Of a stretch of 64,000 nucleotides of DNA, positions 55,919 to 64,000 are shown piece after piece (the first letter of the stretch is position 1; the number at the start of each line of letters is the position of its first letter). A model generated the notes under the pieces. That model was not told the origin of the DNA, searched no databases, and saw only the letters and a list, made by a program, of their open reading frames with translations. Made by a program: the position numbers and the translations under genes. The DNA comes from Alphaproteobacteria bacterium (lineage in GTDB: Bacteria > Pseudomonadota > Alphaproteobacteria > UBA828), in the NCBI GenBank assembly GCA_963422645.2, contig CAXXVO010000014.1, positions 192,001-256,000 on the forward strand, given 5' to 3'.

Positions 55919-56782
55919 ATGATCCTGCCGCTGACTAGCCGAATGAAATCGCGGGACCTCTCGGGTCGGTTCGCCGTCGCGCTAGTCACGCTGCTTCTGG
56001 CTATCCCCCTCGTGCAGGGCTGCGCGGCCCTGGAACGGCTCACGGATGCGGAGACCAGCTCCCTCGACAGTGCTCCGTCCGTGGAGGAACGCGGCGCCGA
56101 CTGGCCGGTTCTGCCGCGCGAGGGCGGAGAGGACGGCTATGACGATCCCTTCGAAGGGGTGAACAGCGTCTTCTTCTACGTCAACGGCGCGTTCGACTTT
56201 CTCGTCTTCGAGCCGCTGGCGCGCTTCTACCGCGGCTTCATGCCGAGCGATGCGCGGCACGCGGTGAGCCGCGCCTTCACCAATCTGGCGGAGCCGGTCG
56301 TTGCTGCGAACCACCTGTTGCAGCTCAACGACGGGCGTGCCGTCACCAGTCTCGGCCGTTTCGCGGTCAACAGTACCGCCGGCGCGGCCGGGCTCTTCGA
56401 CGTCGCGACCGCTCTCGGCCTGGAGGCCGACGACTCCGACTTCGGGCAGACGCTGCACCACTATGGCGTGGGCTCCGGCCCTTATCTGGTGCTGCCCTTC
56501 TTCGGCCCCACGACGGCGCGCGACGCGGTGGGCTTCGGCGTCGACGGCCTGATCGATCCGCGCGGCTACCTGATCGCCCCGCTGACCCGCCTCCAGCTCA
56601 GCCTGGGCGAGGGGGTCGTGCGCCGCGAAGAGGTGATCGACCCGGTCGATTTCCTGATCGAATACGCTCTCGATCACTACGACGCGGTGCGTGCCTGGAA
56701 CTATCAGGAGCGCCAGCGCGAGCTCACCGGCGGCTGCACCGAGCCCATCTACGTGACCTGCCCCGGCTACTCGCCGGAGTAA
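55919..56782 (+). CDS. mlaA: MlaA/VacJ family lipoprotein
   Basis: Lipobox VQGC, DPFEGVN, DFGQTL..YGV.SGPYLVLPFFGP. Confidence 0.88.
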   Translation: MILPLTSRMKSRDLSGRFAVALVTLLLAIPLVQGCAALERLTDAETSSLDSAPSVEERGADWPVLPREGGEDGYDDPFEGVNSVFFYVNGAFDFLVFEPLARFYRGFMPSDARHAVSRAFTNLAEPVVAANHLLQLNDGRAVTSLGRFAVNSTAGAAGLFDVATALGLEADDSDFGQTLHHYGVGSGPYLVLPFFGPTTARDAVGFGVDGLIDPRGYLIAPLTRLQLSLGEGVVRREEVIDPVDFLIEYALDHYDAVRAWNYQERQRELTGGCTEPIYVTCPGYSPE

Positions 56783-56862
56783 GTTCTCCCCCGCGGCCCG
56801 CCGCTAATGCGGCGCGCCCGCGCAGGCGCCGGCCGCGGGCCGGCTGCCGTGAGCGAAAAGAT

Positions 56863-57528
56863 CTACAAAGGCCCGTCGCCGCCCGGATAGCAGAACGAGA
56901 CTCGCGGACCGTAGAAGCCGAAGGTGACTTCCAGCGGCGACGCCGGGCGCAGCGCGTTGCACGAGTGGTCCGGCGCCGGGAACTCCAGCGAGAGCAACTC
57001 GAAGTCGTCCGAAATCTCGCCAACGTAGGCGTAGTTGCCGCTCAGCAGCCGGCCGTCGACGGCGGTGATGTAGCGAAGATGGCCGCGCGCCGTTTCCGCG
57101 AGCCCGGAGCCGACGCGCGCCGTGCTGCGAATGATCGCCTGCTCGCCCGCGTAGGTGGTCGCCGTCACCCGGTCGCCGTCGAGATCGAGCGTCGTGCGGC
57201 CCGGCACCGCCGGCACGCCGCGCTTCGCGGCATAGTCGCGCATCACCGGGTTCGAGTTCAGGTAATGGGTCCACCAGCGGCCGGGCGTGCCGTCCTCGAG
57301 GTCGAGGCCGGCGAGATCGAGTCCCGCGTAGGTGAGCGAATAGGCGCCGAAGTGCGAGGTCTGATCGTCGCGATCCACGACGTACTGGTTGATGAAGATC
57401 GCCTGATTCTCGGCCGGCTCCAGGCCCTCCGGCAGCAGCGCGGCCGCCGCCGCCGGGTCTTCGGGCACCCAGCAGAAATAGAGCATGCGGCTGTTGACGA
57501 TCAGCTGCGGTGCGAGCGGTAGTGCCAC
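56863..57528 (-). CDS. Acetoacetate decarboxylase-like family protein
   Basis: ALLPEGLEP pattern and beta-rich composition; downstream of the aminotransferase. Confidence 0.55.
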   Translation of the reverse strand: MALPLAPQLIVNSRMLYFCWVPEDPAAAAALLPEGLEPAENQAIFINQYVVDRDDQTSHFGAYSLTYAGLDLAGLDLEDGTPGRWWTHYLNSNPVMRDYAAKRGVPAVPGRTTLDLDGDRVTATTYAGEQAIIRSTARVGSGLAETARGHLRYITAVDGRLLSGNYAYVGEISDDFELLSLEFPAPDHSCNALRPASPLEVTFGFYGPRVSFCYPGGDGPL

Positions 57529-57597
57529 GTCCCGATCCTCCTGGTCTTCAGGCCGCAACCGCGGCCATCGTCTCTCCGCCGCGCGCCGGCCCCCGGC

Positions 57598-59001
57598 TCA
57601 GCCCGTCCACAGGTTCTCGCGGACCAAGTCGTTCTGGGTCGCGATGATGCTCTCCCGCAGGGTGTCGACGAGCGTGTCGATCTGCTCGCGGGTCAGCGTG
57701 AGCGGCGGCGAGAGCACGTTCATGTGGCCGAGCGGGCGCACCAGCAGGCCCCGGCTCTGGCAGTGGCGCGTGATGCGCGCGCCGATCTTGGCGTCCGCCT
57801 CGAAGACCTCCTTGGTCTCCTTGTTCTTCACCGCCTCGACGCACATCATGAACTTCTTGCCCCGCACGTCGCCGATGAGCGGCAGCGTCAGCAGCTCGTT
57901 CAGCCGCTCCTCGAAGTAGGGGCCGACCTCGCGCACGTGCCCGCACAGGTCCTCGCGCTCCATGATCTCGATGTTCTTGACGCCGGCGGCGCAGGAGACC
58001 GGGTGCCCGGCGTAGGTGAAGCCGTGGGTAAAGAGCGCGCCGTCGGACTGAGGCACGCTGATCACCTCGTAGATCGCGTCCGAGAAGAGCGTCGCCGAAT
58101 GGGGCACGTAGCCCGAGGTGAGCCCCTTGGCCGAGGTGATCACGTCCGGCGTGAAGCCGAACACGGGCTCGGAGGCGAAGAAGTGCCCGAGGCGCCCGAA
58201 GCCGGTCACCACCTCGTCCGAGATGTAGAGCACCTCGTACTTCTCGCACACGGCCTTGGTGCGGGCATGGTAGCCGGGCGGGGGCACGATCACCCCGCCG
58301 CCGCCCATGATCGGCTCGGCGATGAAGCAGGCGACGTTCTCGGGTCCGAGCTCAAGGATCTTGTTCTCGAGGTCGGCCACCTTCTCGTCGCAGAACTCCT
58401 CGACGCTCATGCCGTCCGGCCGGCGATAGGTGTGCGGGGCCGGGATGTGGTGCACGAGGTCGGGCGCGAGGTCGAAGCCGTCATGGTCGAACTTCACGCC
58501 GGTCATGGTCATCGCGAGGTAGGTCGAGCCGTGATAGGCGTCGACACGCGAGATGATCTTCTTCTTGTTCGGCTTGCCCAGGCGGTTGAAATAGAAGTGA
58601 ATCACACGGATGGCGGTGTCGTTCGCCATCGACCCGCCGGTGCCGTAGAACACGTGGTTGATGGAGGCCGGCGTGATCTCGGCGAGCTTCGCCGCCAGCT
58701 CCGCCGCCGGCGGCGTGCTCAGATGCGTGAAGGTCGAGTAGTAGGGGATGCGGCGCACCTGATCGGCAATGGCCTGGGCCATCTCTTCGCGGCCGTAGCC
58801 GATATTGACGCACCAGAGCCCGCCGATGCCGTCCATGTAGCGCTCGCCCTTGGCGTTATAGACATAGACCCCCTCGGCCTCCGCCATGATCTCGGAGCCT
58901 TCCTCCTTGAAGGTCGCGAAATCGGTCCAGGGATGGATGTTGTGGTCCTTGTCCTTCTGCCAAAGGTCGTCGTAGTCGTACTGCTGAAAGTTCCCCTTCA
59001 T
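57598..59001 (-). CDS. Class III (omega) aminotransferase
   Basis: DGIGGLWCVNIGYGR, DEVVTGFGRLG, TSAKGLTSGY. Confidence 0.92.
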   Translation of the reverse strand: MKGNFQQYDYDDLWQKDKDHNIHPWTDFATFKEEGSEIMAEAEGVYVYNAKGERYMDGIGGLWCVNIGYGREEMAQAIADQVRRIPYYSTFTHLSTPPAAELAAKLAEITPASINHVFYGTGGSMANDTAIRVIHFYFNRLGKPNKKKIISRVDAYHGSTYLAMTMTGVKFDHDGFDLAPDLVHHIPAPHTYRRPDGMSVEEFCDEKVADLENKILELGPENVACFIAEPIMGGGGVIVPPPGYHARTKAVCEKYEVLYISDEVVTGFGRLGHFFASEPVFGFTPDVITSAKGLTSGYVPHSATLFSDAIYEVISVPQSDGALFTHGFTYAGHPVSCAAGVKNIEIMEREDLCGHVREVGPYFEERLNELLTLPLIGDVRGKKFMMCVEAVKNKETKEVFEADAKIGARITRHCQSRGLLVRPLGHMNVLSPPLTLTREQIDTLVDTLRESIIATQNDLVRENLWTG

Positions 59002-59177
59002 CGCACTCTCCTCTCGCGCCGCGCGGCTTCCGGCATCCGTGGGCCAGAGCCTATCGCGGCGCGGGCGCGACGGCTAGCGGAAGCACGACGGATTTCGCTG
59101 CCCTCCGTGGCCCCTGCCGGGGCCATCCGGCATACTGCCGCCCTCACAGGGCAAGGGGGCCGGGGAGGCCGCAAGAG

Positions 59178-59801
59178 ATGCTGGTGGTGTGGGGGCGCAA
59201 GAACTCGATCAACGTGCAGAAGGTGATGTGGACCGTGGCCGAGCTGGGTCTGGCCCACGAGCGGAAGGACGTGGGCGGCCCCTTCGGCGGGCTCGACACA
59301 GCCGACTACGGCGCGCTCAACCCCAACCGGCGCATCCCGACCATCGTGGACGAGGACGGCACCACCGTCTGGGAATCGCACAGTTGCGTGCGCTACCTCG
59401 CCGCCCGCTATGGCGCAGGCCAGCTCTGGCCCGAGGACCCCTCGGCCCGCGCGCTCGCCGACCTCTGGCTCGACTGGATGCAGACCACGCTCCTGCCGGG
59501 CCTCGCGCCGGTCTTCCTCGGCCTCATCCGCACGCCGGCCGAAGAGCGCAACACGGCGCGGATCGAGCGCTGCATCCGCGCCATGGGCGAGACCTGGCGC
59601 ATTCTCGATGCCCACATGGAGGGGCGCAGCTTCGTCGCTGCGGACTCGCTCACCATGGGCGACATCGCGGCCGGCGCCGCCTGCTACCGCTACCACGCGC
59701 TGGATATCGAGCGCCCCGCGCTACCCAACATCGCACTCTGGTACGAGCGGCTGCAGGAGCGCGCACACTTCCGCACCCACGTGATGATCCCGCTGAGCTA
59801 G
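59178..59801 (+). CDS. Glutathione S-transferase (GstB-like)
   Basis: WGRKNSINVQKV, LNPNRRIP, WES. Confidence 0.9.
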   Translation: MLVVWGRKNSINVQKVMWTVAELGLAHERKDVGGPFGGLDTADYGALNPNRRIPTIVDEDGTTVWESHSCVRYLAARYGAGQLWPEDPSARALADLWLDWMQTTLLPGLAPVFLGLIRTPAEERNTARIERCIRAMGETWRILDAHMEGRSFVAADSLTMGDIAAGAACYRYHALDIERPALPNIALWYERLQERAHFRTHVMIPLS

Positions 59802-59849
59802 GCCCGCCTCGCCACGCTTGCAGCCTGCGCCGCGTCCCTCGCGACGCGA

Positions 59850-60167
59850 GCGAAGGATTGATGTTTTTTGCGGAATTTGGCGGCTTATTCCGGCTCAAAG
59901 TGGTCCAAGGTGGCTCAAGGTGGCTCAAGGTGGGCGGCTCAAAGCGGCTCATCATGGTTCAAGGTGGCGCATTCTGGGTCGCGCACGCCCGAAGCGTCGT
60001 GCGCGCGGCTCAAGGGGTTCCGCGCGCGAAAGCAGGATCCTGCATGCCCACCTGTCTTGCTTGATATGGCCCGCTCGCTTTCGCACCGCATGGTGCGACC
60101 CTGACGCAGGAAGCGCGCGGCGTGCACCGCACCATGGTCCGGGTCCCGCGTGCGGCACAGGGTCACG
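59850..60167 (-). mobile_element. Miniature non-coding element made of the two ends of the capsid element
   Basis: Contains inverted copies of 16846-16853, 16881-16902, 26210-26217, 26232-26267 and CCTTCGC, plus ~9 (T/C)GGCTCAAGG-type 10-mers at 59881-59968. Confidence 0.65.
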
Positions 60168-60354
60168 CGCGCTCCCGGCGCGACGGAGGCCGCGACTGCG
60201 CTGAGAAATGCGGCGGGTAACTCTCGATTGCGGACACGACACGCCCTCCCTTCTGCTATCGAAGTTCTCGGAACCCGCGGCAAGTAAACCAATTGACGCA
60301 CGCACTCCGGGAATTCGCGTCCGAGCTTCGCAATTAGAGAGCGGGGATCGGCAA

Positions 60355-60576
60355 GAGGCGTTGCGGGGCGATCGTCAGGGCTCGTACAGCATTCGGATCA
60401 ACGAGATCGTTAGCGGCCGCCGCGGCATCACGGCCGAGACCGCATTGCGGCTGGCGCGCTATTTCAACACCGATGCCCGGAGCTGGATGAACCTTCAGGA
60501 TCGCTACGAGCTGGAAATCGCCGAGCGCGACAAGTCCGACGCCTTGCGCGCAATCCGCCCGCGCGACGTGGCGTAA
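60355..60576 (+). pseudogene. higBA toxin-antitoxin remnant fused by deletion
   Basis: HigB-like EALRGDRQGSYSIRIN joined in frame to HigA-like EIVSGRRGITAETALRLARYF..WMNLQ..YEL. Confidence 0.75.
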
Positions 60577-60607
60577 GCAGGAATATCGGGCTCCTTTCCG
60601 AGCCCCC

Positions 60608-61072
60608 TTACGCCTCGGCCCAGCCCTCCTTGTGGGCGCAGAAGGTCTTCACGTCGAAGACCGTGTGGGCGAAGAGCCACTGGCCGTCGCGCTTTACCAG
60701 CCGGTCATCGTAGCTCGCGAAGATCCAGCGCGCCTCGTCCTTGCCCTCGTCGTTCAGCGCCGTGCAGGGCATGAGCAGCCACCACTGGCCACGCGCGGTG
60801 TCGCCGTCCACGTCGATGATCTCGTTCAGCGCCAGATGGGCGGCGAAGCTGATCTGCTTGCCGACCCCGCGCACCATGTTGCCGAAGGCCTCCGCGCCCT
60901 CCTGCCGGCCGAAGGCCTCGCCGCCGTCCCAGACCGCATCCGGGGTCATCAGCGTCATGATGCCCTCGGCGTCGTAGCCCGCGTCCGCATAGGCCATGTA
61001 GCGGTGCTTGAGGCGGCGGATCGCCTCGATGTCCTCGAGCCGCTGGATGCGCTCTTCCAGAGTTGCGCTCAT
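60608..61072 (-). CDS. SnoaL-like/NTF2 family protein
   Basis: LEDIEAIRRLKHRY..D, DAVWD, YDD..V..DG.W. Confidence 0.85.
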   Translation of the reverse strand: MSATLEERIQRLEDIEAIRRLKHRYMAYADAGYDAEGIMTLMTPDAVWDGGEAFGRQEGAEAFGNMVRGVGKQISFAAHLALNEIIDVDGDTARGQWWLLMPCTALNDEGKDEARWIFASYDDRLVKRDGQWLFAHTVFDVKTFCAHKEGWAEA

Positions 61073-61074
61073 GC

Positions 61075-61545
61075 TCAGGCCTCCACCCAGCCGTCCTTGT
61101 GCGGCTTTATGAAATGGATGTCCACGGCCAGGCTCTCGAACAACCAGGTGCCGTCGCGCCGCACGTAGCGGTCGTCGTACTCGCCGAGGAGCCAGACCGC
61201 CGTCTTCACGCCCTCCATCACGATGGTCGCCGGCATGATGATCCACCACCGCCCGCGCGCGCTGTCGCTATCCAGGTCCACGTCGAGCCGCTCGTTCATC
61301 ACCAGATGGCCGGCGAAGACGATCTGCGACGAAACCCGCGTGAAGTGGGCGTGGATCGCCTCGCGGCCCTCGTAGCGGCCGAAGTCGTCGCCGCCGTCCC
61401 AGATTCCCTCCTCGACGAACTGCGCGGCGATGCCGTCGGCGTCGTAGCCGTCGTCGCAATAGGCGCAGTACTGGTGCTTCAGCCGCTTGATCGCCTCGAC
61501 CGATTCGAGTGTCTCGACGCGGCGTTCCAAGTCGCTCACCGCCAT
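61075..61545 (-). CDS. SnoaL-like/NTF2 family protein (tandem paralog)
   Basis: LESVEAIKRLKHQY..D, GIWDGG, YDDRYVRRDGTW. Confidence 0.85.
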   Translation of the reverse strand: MAVSDLERRVETLESVEAIKRLKHQYCAYCDDGYDADGIAAQFVEEGIWDGGDDFGRYEGREAIHAHFTRVSSQIVFAGHLVMNERLDVDLDSDSARGRWWIIMPATIVMEGVKTAVWLLGEYDDRYVRRDGTWLFESLAVDIHFIKPHKDGWVEA

Positions 61546-61598
61546 AGCGTTCTCCCTTCCTTTGCGTACCGGCTCCAGGCGCAGTCGAGCGCCGCCCG

Positions 61599-63449
61599 TC
61601 AGTGGTCCAGCGTGGCAGCCTTGCCGGGCTCCTCCCACCAGGTCTCGAGAACGCCGCCGTAAACAGGCGTGAACTCGGGCCGGCCGAACTTGCTCCAGTA
61701 GGCGTAGCGGTCGTCGTTCAGGTGATAGAGGGGGATGACGTAGTGCCCCCACATCAGGATCCTGTCCATGGCGTGGATGGTCTCGGCGAAGGCCTCGCGC
61801 CCCCGCGCCTGGGTCATGCGCGCGATGAGTTGGTCGACGACCGGGTCCTTGATCCCCGGATAGTTGCGGGTCCCCTCCTGATCCGCGGCCTCGGCGCCCC
61901 AATAGAACGCCTGCTCGTTGCCTGGCGAGAGCGACACGCCCCAGCGGTAGAAGATCATGTCGAAGTCGTAAGTGTTGCGCCGGAACTGGAACTGGGCCGT
62001 GTCCACGGTGCGCACCTTCGCCTCCACGCCGAGACGTTCGAGATTGCGGGTGAAGGCGAGCGCGATCTTCTCGTTCCCCGGATTCACCAGCAGGATCTCG
62101 AAAGCGAGCGGCAGGCCGTCCGCGGCCCGCTGGAGAGTACCGTCCTGCACCTGCCAACCGGCCTCGGCGAGCAGGCGACGGGCCTCCGCAAGGTTCGCGC
62201 GCAGGCCGCCTTCCACAGCAGGCGCGTGGTAGGCGGTGTCGAAGAGCTTGGGCGGGAGGCTATCGCGGTGGGGCTCCAGCAGGGCCAGCTCGCCGCCCTC
62301 CGGCAGGCCGCGGAAGCCGAGCTCGGAGTTGTCGAAGATGCCCTTCGTGCGGACGTAGGCGCCCTGCAGCAGCGCCCTGTTCACCCACTCGAAGTCGAAG
62401 GCTAGCGAGAGCGCGTAGCGCACCGCGCGATCCTCGAACATCGGCCGCCGCGTGTTGAAGACCATGGCGCGCAGGCCGGAAGGCCGCCCGTGGGACAGCT
62501 GCTCGATGGTGACCCGGCCGTCTTCCGCTGCCGGGAAGTCGTAGCCTGTCGCCCAGCGCGCGGCCGAGCGCTCCAGGCGCAGGTCGTATTCGCCCGCGCG
62601 GAACGCCTCCATCATCACTTCCTCGTCGCGGTAGTAGTCGTAGCTGATGCGGTCGAAGTTATTCAGCCCCCGGTTGATTGGCAGGTTCCGCCCCCAGTAG
62701 TTGGGATCGCGGCGGTAGACGATGCCGCGGCCCGCATCGACGCTCTCGATCGTGTAGGGGCCGCTGCCGAGCGGCGGCGTGAGCGTCGTCTGCTCGAAGG
62801 TCACCGACGAGTAATAGGCCTTCGAGACGATCGGCATGAGCCCGAGGATCAGCGGCAGCTCGCGGTCCGGCGTCTCGGTGTCGAAGATGAAGCGCACCGA
62901 GCGCGCGTCGGGCCGTTCGATCTTCCGCACCTTGTTGTAATAGAGCCGGTGGTTGGGCCGGCCCTGCTCCTTCAGCGTCTCCCACGAGAAGATCACGTCG
63001 TCGACCGTGATCGGGCCGCCGTCGTGGAAATGCGCTTCCGGCCTCAAGGTGAAGGTGACGGACGAGCGGTCGTCCGGCACGTCGATCGATTCGGCGATCA
63101 GCCCGTAGAGGGAGAAGGGCTCGTCCCAGGTGCGCTTGAGCAGACTCTCGAAGAAATGGTGCCGCCCCGGCGCCGCCACACCCTTGATGATGAAGGGGTT
63201 GAGGTTGTCGAAGGTGCCCGTGACGGCGCGCCGAAGCTCGCCGCCCTTGGGCGCGTCCGGGTTGGCGTAGTCGAGATGCTGGAAGTCGGGGCCGTATTTT
63301 GGGGCCCCGTGCATCGCGATGCCGTGGACCGGCGCCGCCATGGATTGCGCGCCTGCAAGCGCGAGCGCAGCCAGCGCCACCGCCGGCAACAGCCACCGGG
63401 CCACCGCCCGGAAAGGGAAGCGCCCGCCGGCGCGGCTATCGACCGTCAT
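61599..63449 (-). CDS. ABC transporter solute-binding protein family 5 (YejA-like)
   Basis: HGIAMHGAPKY, YANPDAPKGG, GTFDNLNPF. Confidence 0.9.
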   Translation of the reverse strand: MTVDSRAGGRFPFRAVARWLLPAVALAALALAGAQSMAAPVHGIAMHGAPKYGPDFQHLDYANPDAPKGGELRRAVTGTFDNLNPFIIKGVAAPGRHHFFESLLKRTWDEPFSLYGLIAESIDVPDDRSSVTFTLRPEAHFHDGGPITVDDVIFSWETLKEQGRPNHRLYYNKVRKIERPDARSVRFIFDTETPDRELPLILGLMPIVSKAYYSSVTFEQTTLTPPLGSGPYTIESVDAGRGIVYRRDPNYWGRNLPINRGLNNFDRISYDYYRDEEVMMEAFRAGEYDLRLERSAARWATGYDFPAAEDGRVTIEQLSHGRPSGLRAMVFNTRRPMFEDRAVRYALSLAFDFEWVNRALLQGAYVRTKGIFDNSELGFRGLPEGGELALLEPHRDSLPPKLFDTAYHAPAVEGGLRANLAEARRLLAEAGWQVQDGTLQRAADGLPLAFEILLVNPGNEKIALAFTRNLERLGVEAKVRTVDTAQFQFRRNTYDFDMIFYRWGVSLSPGNEQAFYWGAEAADQEGTRNYPGIKDPVVDQLIARMTQARGREAFAETIHAMDRILMWGHYVIPLYHLNDDRYAYWSKFGRPEFTPVYGGVLETWWEEPGKAATLDH

Positions 63450-64000
63450 CAGAAGGTGACGACGCTGCGGATCGATTCGCCCTCGTGCATGAGGTGGAAG
63501 GCCTCGTTGATCTCGTCCAGCGGCATGGTGTGGGTGATCATCGGGTCGATTTCGAGCTTGCCGTCCATGTACCAGTCGACGATGCGGGGCACGTCGGTGC
63601 GGCCCTTGGCGCCGCCGAAGGCCGTGCCGCGCCAGACCCTGCCGGTCACGAGCTGGAAGGGACGGGTCGCGATCTCCTGGCCGGCGCCGGCGACGCCGAT
63701 GATGGTGCTCTCGCCCCAGCCCTTGTGGCAGCATTCGAGCGCCTGGCGCATGGTCTCCACATTGCCGATGCACTCGAAGCTGTGGTCTGCGCCGCCGCCC
63801 GTGAGGTCCACCAGATAGGGCACGAGGTCGCCTTCGACTTCCCTGGGATTGACGAAGTGGGTCATGCCGAATTGCTCGCCAAGCGCCTGGCGCTTCGGGT
63901 TGATGTCGACGCCGACGATCATGTTGGCGCCCACGAGGCGCGCGCCCTGGACGACGTTGAGGCCGATCCCGCCCAGGCCGAAGACCACGACATTGTCGCC
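63449..64000 (-). CDS. frmA: S-(hydroxymethyl)glutathione dehydrogenase, C-terminal part
   Basis: FGLGGIG, RPFQLVTGRVWRGTAFGG, EGESIRSV. Confidence 0.95.
   Translation of the reverse strand, partial: GDNVVVFGLGGIGLNVVQGARLVGANMIVGVDINPKRQALGEQFGMTHFVNPREVEGDLVPYLVDLTGGGADHSFECIGNVETMRQALECCHKGWGESTIIGVAGAGQEIATRPFQLVTGRVWRGTAFGGAKGRTDVPRIVDWYMDGKLEIDPMITHTMPLDEINEAFHLMHEGESIRSVVTF

Larger units (their letters stand above)
52410..55938 (+). pseudogene. Threonine/serine dehydratase interrupted by an IS4-type element
   Basis: GSFKFRGA, SSGNHAQ, GGGGL; the tail GRTVVAVLSGGNVD..* resumes at 55843. Confidence 0.9.

Noticed and set aside
59881-59968. Tandem 10-mers (and the 9-mers at 26294-26340) as a CRISPR array
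   Set aside because: No unique spacers, units far too short, and no cas genes in the window.

Overview
High-GC alphaproteobacterial chromosome segment (Rhodospirillales-like by gene content and order; inference). The housekeeping backbone holds korB, ybbAP-tesA, thpR, a split transketolase, atpHAGDC, rppH-ctpA, folK-NYN-UDG-smpB-dapA-slt, mlaA, a yejA-like gene and frmA. It is heavily invaded by insertion sequences. There are three copies of a single-ORF IS66 (IS66-A), two of them carrying an identical nested 2514-bp DDE element (called ISX here). A second IS66 (IS66-B) carries a translationally coupled DNA adenine methyltransferase, and an IS4-type element has its transposase fused to a DUF4338/DruA-like domain. 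Insertions disrupt nirK (in its Tat motif), a threonine dehydratase, a DUF4238 gene and a phage protease gene. The most striking observation concerns a ~9.5-kb capsid module (16846-26360: Mu-like protease/scaffold, DUF2190-like decoration protein, major capsid protein, truncated repeat-bearing tail protein; no portal, terminase, integrase or transposase). Its left and right non-coding ends both recur, joined together and inverted, as a ~320-bp 'empty' element at 59850-60167. The shared parts are an exact 22-bp left motif and a 34/36-identical UUCG hairpin followed by short tandem repeats. This suggests a family of mobile or satellite elements with a capsid-carrying form and a miniature form. 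All family assignments are from motif recognition by eye; no searches were run.
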